NCBI GenBank assembly: GCA_951406725.2
Contig: OX597816.1
Span: 95,728,001-95,792,000, forward strand
DNA: 64,000 bases
Origin: Octopus vulgaris
Taxonomy: Eukaryota
Direction: 5' to 3'
Numbering within the stretch: position 1 is the first letter of the stretch; every line of letters starts with the position of its first letter. The notes under the pieces were generated by a model. It searched no databases, had not been told where the DNA came from, and saw only the letters and a program-made list of their open reading frames with translations. The translations under genes and the position numbers were made by a program. Shown piece after piece: positions 42,140 to 56,624 of this stretch.

Positions 42140-42171
42140 ATATGTGTATGTATATATACATATATATATAC

Positions 42172-42222
<51 letters not shown>

Positions 42223-42861
42223 CTCTGTGTTTGTGTTTGTGTGTGTACGCGCTTGCGTGCGGGTACGACCATATATGTATGTATGTATATAATATACTGT
42301 AAAAAGTTTCTCTTTTAAGCAGGTTATTGAAATTAGGCCAATGTTTCAGTTGCAGTATTATTGCAGATTACTGTTTCGTTTGGAACAATACAGTGAAATA
42401 CATTGCATCAGGGTAAACGGGCAAATGCTTTACCGAGATTTCGTTCAACAGACCGCACTATTTACATAATCTATTATCCCCAAGCAGGTCAAAACATCCA
42501 GTCATAAACTAATATTACGAACAAGTAGACGTTGGAAAAACACAAAAATTTAAAGTTTCCTTATCAACCACAAACCACTGAGTGAAAAGTCTGTGAATAA
42601 ACTTTATATCATTAATGCAATATTTACATTAAGTCAACTGAAATCATGGAATTTGTTAACTTTCTAATTAGTTGATAATACATCTGCAAAGCAGTGACAT
42701 TATATCGCATATCACTATACAAACCGGATAGGAAAATATATTGATTGGATGCACAAGTATACTTTATACAATAGTTACGTTATTCTTTATATATTTAGTG
42801 TAGGGAACATTGAAAGGGTAACCACAAATGATTATGCGATAGGGGAAAAATAATCAATGGT

Positions 42862-42972
42862 CAATGTTTTTTACGCCCCCACTTTTCGCACAGTTTCCAG
42901 TGTAGCACTTTCGCTACCTGACCGTGTCGCCACAACTTGTAGTGGCATTCTTTCGTGATATACGTAATGGTT

Positions 42973-43033
<61 letters not shown>

Positions 43034-44659
43034 CCCATGCTTTCACTGCACTACTGAGCGCAGTTCTCTGTACCTTGAGCATATGCTGTAGTTTTGTTGT
43101 GATGCTGTTAATTTTACTATATTGAAAGTGTTTTACGTAGGATGTGTGCAGTACCTAGTAGTGTTATTTTCTGTATTTATATATACTTGTTAGTCCTGGC
43201 GTTTTTGTTATGTATTTGTCTGAATGCAATTTTATTGTACCTAATACGCCTACTATAATAGGAATTATTTCTGTTTTTAGACTCCACATTCGATTTACCT
43301 CTATTTCCCGTCTTTGTATTTTGAAAGCTTCATTTCTTTTAGAGAAAGGTTGTCATCTGTTGGTATTGATACATCAATTACATCATTTGGGCTTCTCTTT
43401 ATCTACTGCTACTAAATTAAGCCTTCTAGCTGCTATTACTCTATCAGTCTGAATGTTAAAGTCCCATAGCATCTTATATTTCTTACTTTCTAGTACTTTA
43501 CTAGGTTCCTGTTCATGCCATGTATCAGTATGGTCAAATCCTAGTTTTCTACATAATTCCAGTGGATTACTCTCCCTTGGTTGTGTTGCCTTTTCTTGTA
43601 TTCCTACTGTGCCAGCATGCTACATTCACTTATTATATGAGTAACACCTCTCTTTTGAATAGCATAACCTTCATTGGGAATCTACTGGGATTTTGTCTCT
43701 CTCTTGGCTTTTATCCAATCAGTCCTTAATGCTTTATCTTGTGCTGCTACTAACAAACTTTCTGTCTCCCTTTTCAACCTTCATTTCTGCAACCATAATT
43801 ATGTCTCACTACTACTATTTGCTGCAACTGTCTTTGGGAATCTACCATGCAAAGCCTTCTCCTGCCAGTTAGATAATATTTTTCCTTTTCTCTGGATTTT
43901 AACATCGTTTGGCTTTTTTGGTTTCCCCATGTCTTCTTGTGACTCTAGCAGCTCTTAAGCTTTCTTCACCTATTATTATTATTTTCATAGACGTCGCGCA
44001 GTATACAATATCTTGGGGTTGTTGATTGAAGATATTGCTTGTGCCGTGGGGTAGTACTGTTTGTCAAGTCACAACAAGGACCTCATACAGACAGTATTTT
44101 ACACAATATGCGTGCAGTTCCAAGTAATGCCAACGTTTGAAATACTTCTAGATTGTAGGGTATCTCTACGGTTTTCAGATGATTTTTTCAGATTGGGTGG
44201 TATTGAACCCAATGCTTCAATGTCATTAGGGATAACCCTTATGTTTGACTCTCGTAACTCCCACATCTTAGCGATCTCAATTTTCAGGTCTCCATATTTA
44301 TCAACTTTTTCTCTTTCTTTCGTGCTGATATGTTGATCACCTGGTACTGCTTCGTCGATTATTAGGCACTCTTGTTTTTCCCTCCTAAAGGTTACTATAT
44401 ATGGCCTTATGTGCTCTAACACTTTGTCTGGAAATCAAAGCCCCAGAGGATTTTTGCCTTCTTTTTTCGTCCATTACATTTTCTGGTGTATGTTGGTGCC
44501 AAACACCCGCAACCTCATATCCATACTTACGGCATAGTAGCCAATGGAGGTTTGGGGCTACTTTGTCGTGTCTACGCTTGTACTCTTTCTACGCAAGACT
44601 TTCACAAGCACTAACAATGTGAGCCACACTTTCGACCCTCTATCATTATCATTATTATT

Positions 44660-44745
<86 letters not shown>

Positions 44746-44885
44746 CATTATTATCATTATTATTATCATTATTACCATCATCATCATTGCTATTATTCAG
44801 TAGTTTCATTTTTATCACGTGCTTTCACTGCACTACCGAGCGCAGCTCTGTGTGCTTTGGGTATGTGCTGTGGTTTGTTATGGTG
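42862..44885 (-). mobile_element. cluster of R4/Dong-like LINE fragments nested in (TTA)n
   Basis: ECHYKLWRHGQVAKVLHWKLC; IRPYIV...CLIIDEAVPGD...EKVDKYGDL...ALGSIP (RLE). The 3' end CTTTCACTGCACTAC.GAGCGCAG occurs twice (43039, 44822). Confidence 0.85.
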
Positions 44886-44912
44886 CTCTTCTTCTTCTTC
44901 TTCTTCTTCTTC

Positions 44913-44949
<37 letters not shown>

Positions 44950-44953
44950 GAGC

Positions 44954-44992
<39 letters not shown>

Positions 44993-44994
44993 TG

Positions 44995-45043
<49 letters not shown>

Positions 45044-45056
45044 TAATAATGATAAT
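44913..45056. repeat. (TTA)n abutting inverted (TAA)n
   Basis: (TTA)n 44913-44949, GAGC, (TAA)n 44954-45056. Confidence 0.95.
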
Positions 45057-45225
45057 CAGTGCGTCAGACAAAATGTATAATGGCATTTCTTCCTACTCAT
45101 TTACATTCTGAGTTCCGCCGAAGTCGACTTTAACATTTTTCCTTTCGTGGTCAATAAAATAAGTACCAGTTATTGACTTTTTCTCTCCTTTAAAATTGCT
45201 GATCTTATGCCAGAATTTGAAATCC
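45055..45225 (+). mobile_element. SINE family B, diverged
   Basis: TTCTGAGTTCCGCCGAAGTCGACTTT...AAATAAGTACCAGTT. Confidence 0.7.
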
Positions 45226-45579
45226 TTCATATAATTATTAACAATGTTGATTAATCAAATATTTATTCAATATATTTGACAATATGTGCTTAGACTCCAC
45301 AAGACCGTCCTTTAATTATAGTTAGACTATATAAAGAAGTTGTTTCTTTTAACATCTATTTTTTTTTTCACTAAAAAATTTTTTGTTATCTAGATAACAA
45401 AAATTGCAATGCTGGTTGGCAACTTACCAGTAGTTCGAATATATTGATACCTCAGGGTTTCAATCAATAAAACTGACCGATATTAACAATACAAAATATA
45501 ATTGAAGAACGGGATCAAGACAATGGGGAAGGAAAAAGTGAAAGGAAAAAAATGAAAGAATCGAAAGTTGTTCTATTTA

Positions 45580-46369
45580 AGGTGAAGTGATTTTACTGAG
45601 GAAACAGAAGGAAAGAAAGGGGAAAAGAGAATCAGATTGCAACGGCTATGTGAAGAAACAGTGACAGTGAAAGGGGTAGAGAGATAGGAAGGGAGGGAGA
45701 GAGATAGACAGGGACAGAGAGGACAGACTGACAAGTAGTGAAAGAGTAGAATCTGAAGAAGCAAGCCACGGTCAACAAACGCTGTCCAGACAGGGTGTGT
45801 GAGATGATGTAACGGGGAGAGAGAGAGGAAGAAAGAGATGGAGCGAGCAAGCGAGAAAGAGAGGGAGAGAGAGACAGACAGGGCAAATAAAGCCTCTTAA
45901 AAGTGCGAAAGAAAGAAGGCCAGATATGAGGTCGACCTGAAAGACAGAAAAAGAGATAGAGAGGATTGGAGAGAAGTACGATGAACTTGAGAAATGAAAA
46001 TAAGTGGGTGGGTGTAAGGATGATTTGATAAAGGAAGGAGGTAAATTGGTGCGATTTCCTTCAAATTTTTGGTAAATTATATATGGAGAGACTATTGATT
46101 GAGGGGTATTTTAGATAAGAGTATTGTATAGTACGGGAGCGGTTATGTTAGTGGAGAGAGCAGAAGGAAGTTAGAGGCAAAGAGAAAATATAAGTGAAAG
46201 AAAGGATAGAGATTATAAGGGAAGCGGAAGGATGCATTAAATAGGGGGGAGAGAAAGAAAAAGTCAAAGAGAAAGAAAAGGAGTGAGTAAAGGAAGATCA
46301 GAAAGATGAATAAGGGATAAAGAGAATTGAAGGAAATTTCATTGGAAAAAGGAGAAAAAGAGTTGGCTT

Positions 46370-46406
<37 letters not shown>

Positions 46407-46610
46407 AGAGATATATAAGGGAGAGAGCGAGCGAGAGAAAGAGAGAGGGATAGAGAAAGAAGAGGACTGGTAAAAGGTGTTGAGAAAGAGGATGAGAAAG
46501 ATTACATGGCTGGGGAAAGTAACAAGAGAATAGAAGAATAGAGATGTGGAGACGAATAGAATATGAAACAGAAAGGTAAAGTTGATAAAAAAAAATTGAA
46601 AGGAATTTGT
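45580..46610 (+). repeat. about 1-kb purine-rich (GA) low-complexity tract
   Basis: Strong A/G strand bias with degenerate GA/GAAA runs. Confidence 0.85.
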
Positions 46611-48574
46611 TAATTAATTGTTTGTTTGTATGCATGTATATGTGTATGTTTGAGTTTTTAATTGTTCCTTTTCTTGTTTTTTTTCTCTTTTTCCTGTATG
46701 ATGATAACAATACTAATTATTAATTGTTATCGGTAAAAATAACTGGAGGAGAAAAGCAGCTGGAAATGTGAAGTGATGCTAAAAATCAAACTGGCAGTAA
46801 CAACAACGATAACAACTAAATGAAAAATAAATGAAAAGAAACAAGTAACAATTGAGAAGAAAAAGTTTATCCGTTGTATTTTCCTTTTCTGTTTTTTTTG
46901 TTTGTTTTTTTTTGTTTTTTTTTTTGTTAACGTATCTCTTCGAAAAGCAGCACCATATAGTGAATGAATTAAATATTTTATTGAATTAATTTTTTTCAAG
47001 TTCAGCTTTTTAGAAAGCATTTCTTGTTATTTTTTAATGTTCGTGTAATATTACAACCCTTCTTTTGCAGAATATTCAATTATTTCATTACTCAGAAGTA
47101 AATATTTAAATTATTTTTAGATGCGGTGGAGGAATAAGTGTGTCATAGAGTTGGTAGTGCTGAAGTTTAATTCTCAGGTTTTCACGTACATAACACAGTT
47201 TGGGGGTATTTCCTGTAATAATTTAGCTTCAGGTGTTTCATTAACGTAACAGCCATTTTCTTACATTCTACGGAGGTTATGAAACTGACTGTGAAAATTT
47301 CAGTAATTAACTTATTAGTGTTGTTGATATTATTGTTGTTCTTACTTGTCCCACGTCTACCTTGCTAGAATAAATCTAAGAGTAATGCCCTTCTGGCCAT
47401 GACTATCTCGTCTTTTATTCAGATTGTGTATCTATCACGACATTAACCAATGAACCCTTTCTTTTTAAGAAAGTAGAGCATGACTCGAGAAAGATTTCGT
47501 TGCTATTACTATCAGGCTGAGAAACCACTTAAAAGCTCCTTCAGTGACTCTAGTATTAAATCAATTCCTCATAAAAGCAAGATATACGTAAAATATTGAT
47601 TTCTTCTTATCAAACAATAGTGCTGTTGAAAATCATTAGAAAAGTGTGTACATTAAAACTCGATTATCTGATGTATAGTACAAGGGATTAGTCAGCAAAA
47701 GAAGGGCAACATCCATGACCCTTTTTAGGGCCTCTCTTACTGATGGGAAGAAGGGAACTAGTTAAAGCTATCCACAAATTAGAAGCCTAACCAGAATGTT
47801 TGCGACTAAGCAAATTCCACTAAAGAACCAGATCCTGGTAATCAACTGAACGACAATATAAGTCTACAAAAATGATTCTTCCACTGAGTTTTCGCCTACC
47901 AAATTTCATTCGCTTGGTTTTAGTAAACCTGAGGAAGATAAGTTATCATACGGTGGGATCAAACGCGGAGATTAAAAGGAGCACATCTTGGTTTAAGAGC
48001 ATAACATACCGTTTTGCATTAATACTTGGTGGTGATTCTTCAGGAGACGTCAATCTGAAACCAATGTACGTATATCATTGAAAAATATCATGACCAATTA
48101 AAGGAATATCAAAACTACATTTACTTATGATTTGAAAATCCGACAAGAAGGCTTGTGTAAGAAAGAAATTTATACGCAGAGGTTTGTTCCACACAAAAAT
48201 TTGTGGTCGGCAGGGAAAAGATATTACAAAGAACGTAATCATGAACTGAAGGCATTATTGCTGATATTCTATAGACTTGCATTCCTGCCTAAATAGTATA
48301 TTTAACATTAAAAAGACCACTTTCTTAGTATATATCAGGATATAATTTCTAATATCAGATTCTACTTCATTCGTTGCACTTTCAAACAACTTATTAAAGA
48401 AACAGATGGCCCAAATATGCAATCTATTGGGACTTTTGGAAAAATTACAATATCGGGAAAGCTATAGGTAGCATAAAAGCAGGTAGCGATGACGTAACTT
48501 GGAACTGCTTGAACAGAGTCTAAAAGAAGCTATGATCAAGAGCACGACTAGAAATACTGGCATGAAGAAATATT

Positions 48575-48790
48575 GATTTAAAATTTTGGCACAAGGCCAG
48601 TAATGTCGGGGTAGAGGGTAAATCAATTACATCGAGCCCAGTATTCAACTGCTACTTATTTTTTATGACTCTGCAAAGATGAAATGAAAAACCGACCTCG
48701 GAGGAATATGAAATCAGAATGTAAAAATGGACGAAATGCCGTTAAACATTTTGCCCGGCATGCTAATATTTCTGCCAGCTCTCTACCTTA
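48575..48790 (-). mobile_element. SINE family B, diverged
   Basis: CGACCTCGGAGGAATATGAAATCAGAATG...TTCTGCCAGCTC. Confidence 0.8.
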
Positions 48791-49559
48791 TTTTGCGAAG
48801 ATATATTACCTACTATCATCAATGACATCATGGAGTTAGTCAATGAAAAGAGAATGCAAAATATCAATTTAGAAGAACTGGAGTGTCATAGTAAGAATTT
48901 ATCTGGCAAACGGTATGGAAGTTAGCACAGCAACGTATCAAAAATGAGCCAGAATACTCTACTATATACTGTAATACCAGATATTGATAATTTTATTACC
49001 CTGTGGTCTATACTGAAGAACGGTAACAAATATACTCACTGTTCTAAATTTGAGTGGCTTCTGTAATTATAAGAAATAATTCACAAATTTTCTACATTCC
49101 TAAATAAAAGATTAGAGTTAATTTCAAAATGTTGCCAAGAAAATTGGTTCGTTCTATTAAATTTCCACGCAGATATTCAACATGTTTTGTCCGCTTGAAA
49201 ATCGAGAGAACCATCAAGACTAAAGTCATTTTGTAGAGATGATTTTTAGTGTCCTCGCTAGAACTCGAATCACATAAGCTTACAGTTTCAATTCACATGT
49301 AAAAATACACTAGAAACCTGACGAGAACGTGCTATTATTTTCAAAATAAAATGCAGGGAACTTGTAAGAAATATTCAAAGGCTTGCCGGATCCGGTAATA
49401 GAATTCTCCAGTTTATTTAGTTTATTGTAAATTGACAAGGATAAAACCTTGCATCCCATTTAGATATAGTCAGAAGTACCCTTAAAGTCGGTATTTTCTG
49501 TTAGCCACTTCTGTAGCTAAACAACACGATGGCGAAACTGTTGAAAATGAGATGCACAA

Positions 49560-50700
49560 ATGGTGACTATGAAACAGTGACAATATGACATGATGTTTTT
49601 AGCACCGTGGTGTAAACGGCAGCAAAAAAAAAAGTAAGAAAAATCTCTAAAATCTCTCTTTTACTAAACATTAAACGGAAATCAATGCTTAAGGAAACTG
49701 CCCGACCTGGTTTTAATGTTCACATGTATCACAAGAAGTGAATGGTCGAAAGTGGTTTGAAAATGTAATTGGAGAAAAATGTTGTCCAGGTGACTGGTTG
49801 AAAAAAGTTAGTGAGAGATCTATTCTAAATTACCAAAAACAACAAAGAAAAATAAAGACAAACAATGAAAATTGTAGCTCCAACTTCGCAACCAGCTATT
49901 CCTGGTTTAACGTCCCACTTGGAACTACTGTCAACAAGATAAACTAGGCGTCCAGATATATTATGTGAGAAGAGTGAAGCAAGTGGATGACTGTTGAATT
50001 TAGTGACGCGAGCAGGATAAATGAAGCAACCTACTCTTGCACAGATATGTCAGGAGGTGAAGTTGTTAACGGCAGCTATGAGAATAGAAATATTTATTTC
50101 TTTATTGCCCACAGTGGGCTAAACATAGAGGGGACAAACAAGGACAGACAAAGGGATTAAGTCGATTACATCGACCCCTGTGCGTAACTGGTACTTATTT
50201 AATCGACCCTGAATGGAAGAAAGGCAAAGTCGACCTCGGCGGAATTTGAACTCAGAATGTAACGGCAGTCGAAAAAATCGCTAGCCAGTTCGCCGTGCGT
50301 GCTAACGATTCTGCCAGTTCCCCGCCCGAAGTGTAGAAATATTAGCCAATGTATTCAAAAACATGTGGAATCCAGAAATTCAAGAGATGGGACCCACGAC
50401 TACATTAAACAATAAACATGTGGAAATTTTTTCCGTGATATGAAACGTCGGGACATACCAGCACATAGTTCTCACACCATTTTACATATAGACATAGAGA
50501 ACGATTTACCTTGCGACTGGCCTCATTTGGGGAACATGATATTGATAAGTCATAAAAATGACGAAATAATAATCTCTACCGCTTCTGCAACTTAACCTAA
50601 CGCGAGTTATCTCGCTTACCTATGACTTCCAGATGTTTTAATGTCAGGTGTATTGACGAGAAAATATTCTCTTACGCCTATAACTTACAACCTTCCCACG
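49560..50700 (+). pseudogene. possible very old Tc1 transposase remnant split by a SINE
   Basis: KWMTVEFSDAS near 49981 (cf. WxxVxFSDES) and a DWP fragment near 50515. Confidence 0.3.
50095..50333 (-). mobile_element. SINE family B, full length with TSD
   Basis: Matches 51551-51775; TSD TAGAAATATT at 50085-50094 and 50334-50343. Confidence 0.92.
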
Positions 50701-50809
50701 TACTGGCAAAGCACATATCTTGTGTATGATGTGTGTTCGATATTGTGTATATCCCTCGCACTGCTTCTAATTCGTCTATGAATGTATATATATATATATG
50801 TGTGTGTGT

Positions 50810-50846
<37 letters not shown>

Positions 50847-51101
50847 CACGTGCGCGCGTACGTGTACATATATATGTGTGTGTGTATGTGTGTGTATACT
50901 TTTATAAATTCATACACACACACACATGCACACACACGCACGCACACACACACACACACAAGTATTTACTGTTCCGTTGGGGAAACCAACAAAAAAGTAC
51001 TCCATCTAGTGAAAGATAAAATATCGTTTAATATACACTGGATTTAAATCATAAATCCACGTTTTGGAAGTATATAATTGACTGTTCCGTGTATATTACA
51101 T

Positions 51102-51136
<35 letters not shown>

Positions 51137-51247
51137 ATCATTATATGGAGTAATTTTTAGTTGATCCCACCAATAACGAAACGGTAATGTGAATTTACAA
51201 TTTAAGCAATTTAAGTCGTGTATACTAATTGATATGTATGTATGTAT

Positions 51248-51395
51248 GCATGTTGCCTAGTAGTTAGGGTGTTGCAGGCGAGATCGTGGTTTCGATTCCG
51301 AAACAAGCTGTGCATTGTGTTCTTGGACAAAGCGCTTCATTTCACAGTGCTCTAGTCCACTCACTGTAAATGGGTAACCTTGCAATGGACTGGCA
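51248..51395 (+). mobile_element. SINE family C, diverged
   Basis: TAGT.GTTAGGGTGT, GGTTTCGATTCC, TTGTGTTCTTG, GTCCACTCA, TGCAATGGACTGGC as in 28275-28532. Confidence 0.8.
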
Positions 51396-51510
51396 CAGAA
51401 AGGTGTGATGGTAACTAAAGAAAGTCATCCCGAAAGCAGATATCGTGAGTCACGTTTTGTATTCATTGATCAAAACAATGAACAGTACATCCCATATTTG
51501 TATGTATCAT

Positions 51511-51550
<40 letters not shown>

Positions 51551-51552
<2 letters not shown>

Positions 51553-51775
51553 CTTTACTACCCACAATGGGCTAAACACAGAGGGGACAAACAAGGACAA
51601 AGGGATTAAGTCGATTACATCGACCCCAGTGCGTAACTGGTACTTAATTTATCGACCCCGAAAGGATGAAAGGCAAAGTCGACCTCGGCGGAATTTGAAC
51701 TCGGAACGTAATGTCAGACGAAATACGGCTACGCATTTCGCCTGGCGTGCTAACGTTTCTGCCAGCTCGCCGCCT
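51551..51775 (-). mobile_element. SINE family B, full length with TSD
   Basis: Head GGCGGCGAGCTGGCAGAAACGTTAGCAC, B-box GAGTTCAAATTCC; TSD TGTATCATCAA at 51503-51513 and 51777-51787. Confidence 0.93.
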
Positions 51776-52432
51776 TTGTATCATCAATATATATATAACA
51801 CGCTACATGTCTCTGAATACATATAAGCTTTTTGTGAGTTACACTTCAGCGCTTGAAACTGTTGAATTTGTTCCACTTTATAAGATTTGCTTTCTAAATC
51901 ATTTGATGCGAGCTAGAGTCGTTCTGTTTATTGTTTGTCCTTGTTTCATAATGCTAAATGAAACAGTTTGAAGTCTTCTAAATTAATCAACAACGTTTCT
52001 AATTTCTTACTGCAGCAGCCTCTCAATTTAGTTCGTTCTCTTTGTCTTTTTTATTTAAAAGTTCATTCACTTTTCTTAATTTTTAATTAATGCTTTGATA
52101 TTCATAAAGTTTAACGATTTGCTGTGCACTGGAACATGTATACGATATTTCTCTATTATTATTGTAGCCCCAAAAGTTCTTTTGAGATAACTTGCTGCCA
52201 TACAATAGAACAATAGCAGTTATATTCGATTTGATATTTTTTTTCTCACTAAGACCAATTAAAATGTTTCTCTAAATTTTCAAACAAGGGATCCACTTAC
52301 TTGCTGGAAATGTTTTGTTTATCTTTTTGTATTCGGAACTACATTCTGATAACTTCATTGTCTTATAATACTTTAATGCTCATATAAATTCAGATGATTC
52401 GCCCGGCATCGCAACAGTCATAATAAATTCCG

Positions 52433-52647
52433 GCGCTACTCTAGTGTGCGGTCTACTGCAGTATCTGTCGTCTACGCTGTGAAATGGTCTGATTTGGGTT
52501 AGGGTTAGGGTTAGAAACACTTTGAAATTACGAATTGAAAATTCAGAAGACCAAGGCGTGCTAATGCCTCCTTATGTCTACACAAAAAATGTTGTTGTTC
52601 ATGAGCATCTGCAGTGAATCATACCTGCAGACTATTTTAGGAGCGAT
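52433..52647. mobile_element. small MITE-like element containing a short TTAGGG run
   Basis: Imperfect inverted ends CGCTACTCTAGTGTGCGG / CTGCAGACTATTTTAGGAGCG; GGGTTAGGGTTAGGGTTAG at 52496-52514. Confidence 0.45.
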
Positions 52648-52920
52648 AAACATAATTTTCTTATTTTCACGATATTTTGGCATTTTTATTTACTTCCTCA
52701 TCTAATTATCAGCTTTTATCGAGTGAATTTTTCAACAATAACTCCGTCGTTATTGACGGCTCGGGCACTCTAGCATATAAAAATATATGAGCTAATGTAT
52801 TTATATTCCAAATTATATTTCTTATATAGGTGTGTCTGTCTCTGAATGAATAAGTTTATATGCATTTGTATGTATATGTATACTCTATATGCGTGTGTGT
52901 ATGAATAAAAATATGTGTAT

Positions 52921-53328
52921 GTCGCAGGAGTGGCTGTGTGGTAAGTAGCTTGTTTACCAACCACATGGATTCGGGTTCAGTCCCATTGCGTGGCACCTTG
53001 GGCAAGTGTCTGCTACTATAGCCTCGGGTCGACCAAAGCCTTGTGAGTGGATTCGGTAGACGGAAACTGAAAGAAACCCGTCGTACATATGTATATATAT
53101 ATGTGTGTGTGTTTGTCCCCCTAGCATTGCTTGACAACCGATGCTGGTGTGTTTATGTCCCCCCCCCCCCCCGTTACTTAGCGGTTCGGCAAAAAGAGAC
53201 CGATAGAATAAGTATTGGGCTTACAAAAGAATAAGTCCCGGGATCGAGTTGCTCGATTAAAGGCGGTGTTCCAGCATGGCCGCAGTCAAATGACTGAAAC
53301 AAGTAAAAGAGTAAAAGAGTAAAAGAGT
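52921..53328 (+). mobile_element. SINE family A, full length
   Basis: tRNA-like head, internal TA/TG tract, (AAAAGAGT)n tail. Confidence 0.95.
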
Positions 53329-54274
53329 ATATGTATGTATATAAATGTATATGTGCATATATACATGCATGAAGATATTTGTGTGCATATATATGTGTTG
53401 TGAACGCGTGTGTAAGTATGCGTGTGACAATTTCTGTGTGCGTGCGTGTGTGTATGTGTGTGGGCGTATGTGTATAGGTGTGTGTGAGTGCCTGTGTGTA
53501 TGTGTGTGTATTTAAGGGCTAAAATGTGTATACGTTACAAATACATTCTTTAATAAATGCATCAATGTGAGTTTAGCTAAATTTATGAGTGTATATGTAT
53601 GCTCTGTATACGTGTATGTGTATGTGTATATATATATATGTTTGTATTTGTGTGTGTATACACATATACATATACACTCACACATACTCACAAATACACA
53701 CACATACATGATTTGTGATAAGTATGTAGCTGTGAATATTTGGTAAGTTTATCTGTAAATATAATATTGAGTCAAATCTTTTATACGTGTGTATCTTCAC
53801 ATATGGACATACCTGTCATTTTATCATTTTATAACTGCAAATAAAGGGGCAGGAATAAAAGATTGTATGTGAATATGTATAGACATTGTGTTATGTCCGT
53901 TCGTAGGTTTATATGTTTGAATATTAAACAAGACAGAAAAAGGTAATCTCCCGGGACACAAAATATAAATAAACCTTTCGAAAGGAATTGGATTTGATTG
54001 GCAGAGGTTATCAACACTGACACAATGTTATTATTTGACGGTTGCCTATGTATAACCTAAGGATATGAAATCTGAAGAAACAAAGCGCTTCGCTGAACTA
54101 TAACTAAGATATTAACCATTTGCTTTATTCCGGTATTGAATTGTCTTTTAGTTTTCTCTGAGTTTTATTGCATAGACAAGCATACTACTAAATACAAAAT
54201 GTGGGTATCTGTGTTTGTATATAATGATATGAATATTTATGTTTGTGTCTATATATATATAGTGTTTGTGTTTG

Positions 54275-54350
<76 letters not shown>

Positions 54351-54432
54351 TACAGTTATGTTATATTCCGTTAGAAACGTGGTAGAGAACAGTATAAAGA
54401 AATTGGACTCCAACTTCTTCAATTATATATAT

Positions 54433-55395
54433 ATAGTGTAATAAATAAAATATATGCATACATACAAACATATATGTACGTACCGACATCTACATGTATA
54501 TATACATGCATATATAAATATATATATACGTACAGGACACCACAAGAAGACGTAAAAATCAACAGAAACGAAAACGGAAAAGCCATTTGTTACAACAGAA
54601 GGACAGAGACGTGGAACAAGACGAAACGAAAACGGGAAAAACAATTATGTGCAGCAGAAAAACGAAGTACAGGACATGCTGCACAAGGAAAAATCCCCTT
54701 CATCAGCTGTCGGTAGCAGACACGTGTTTCGAAGGCAGAGACAGAACACGTATGGCCATGCTAGTCCTTCCTACGAGAGAATTAAAATAAAATAACCTCG
54801 TAGAGGGGTGTAAAACGAGCAAGAAAAAAATGTAACACAAAAAGGGACGTAACAAAAAATACATACAAGAAAAAAATAATACAAAATTAAAGATACATGT
54901 ACAAGAAAATACATAACGAGAATTAAATTACAATACGAGATATCAAAAATAAACAAGAGAACAAACGAAAAAGACGAACGAAGGCCTTTGTTCTGGCGGG
55001 GACGAGAAAGTAACTGGCGAGCGCTGGGAAACACGACCTTACGGCCTGAAGGCAACAGGCGAAAGAATTAGCAGTGACGAAAGTGAGGAGGAGTGGGAGA
55101 GAGAGAGAGGAAGACACAGGCTAGAGAGAAGGGTGAGACAGAGAGAGGGGAATGTAAAGCAAAGGGAGAGAGTTTCGCATCATTGTAGTAAACTGTAAAA
55201 ACGAACGAGGAGGAGAGAGACGGAACGAAGTGAGAATTCGAAAAATGGAAAATTCAAACGAACCCGACGCGAAGCGCTGTCAGACAATAGTGTAATAAAT
55301 AAAATATATGCATACATACAAACATATATGTACGTACCGACATCTACATGTATATATACATGCATATATAAATATATATATATACGTACAGGACA
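54433..55395 (-). mobile_element. direct-repeat-flanked non-autonomous element in (TA)n (Penelope-like pLTR structure, or TRIM-like)
   Basis: About 107-bp direct repeats 54433-54539 and 55287-55395 differing by one TA unit; non-coding interior with a hammerhead-like motif on the minus strand. Confidence 0.7.
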
Positions 55396-55448
55396 TATAT
55401 ATATATATAACAAAGTAAACTTGCAAGGTACCGCACGAGGAAAATGTT

Positions 55449-56615
<1,167 letters not shown>

Positions 56616-56624
56616 GTGTGTGTA

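Noticed and set aside
48100-49060. Possible R4-like LINE N-terminal remnant
   Set aside because: Only scattered 3-4 residue resemblances; not supportable by eye.
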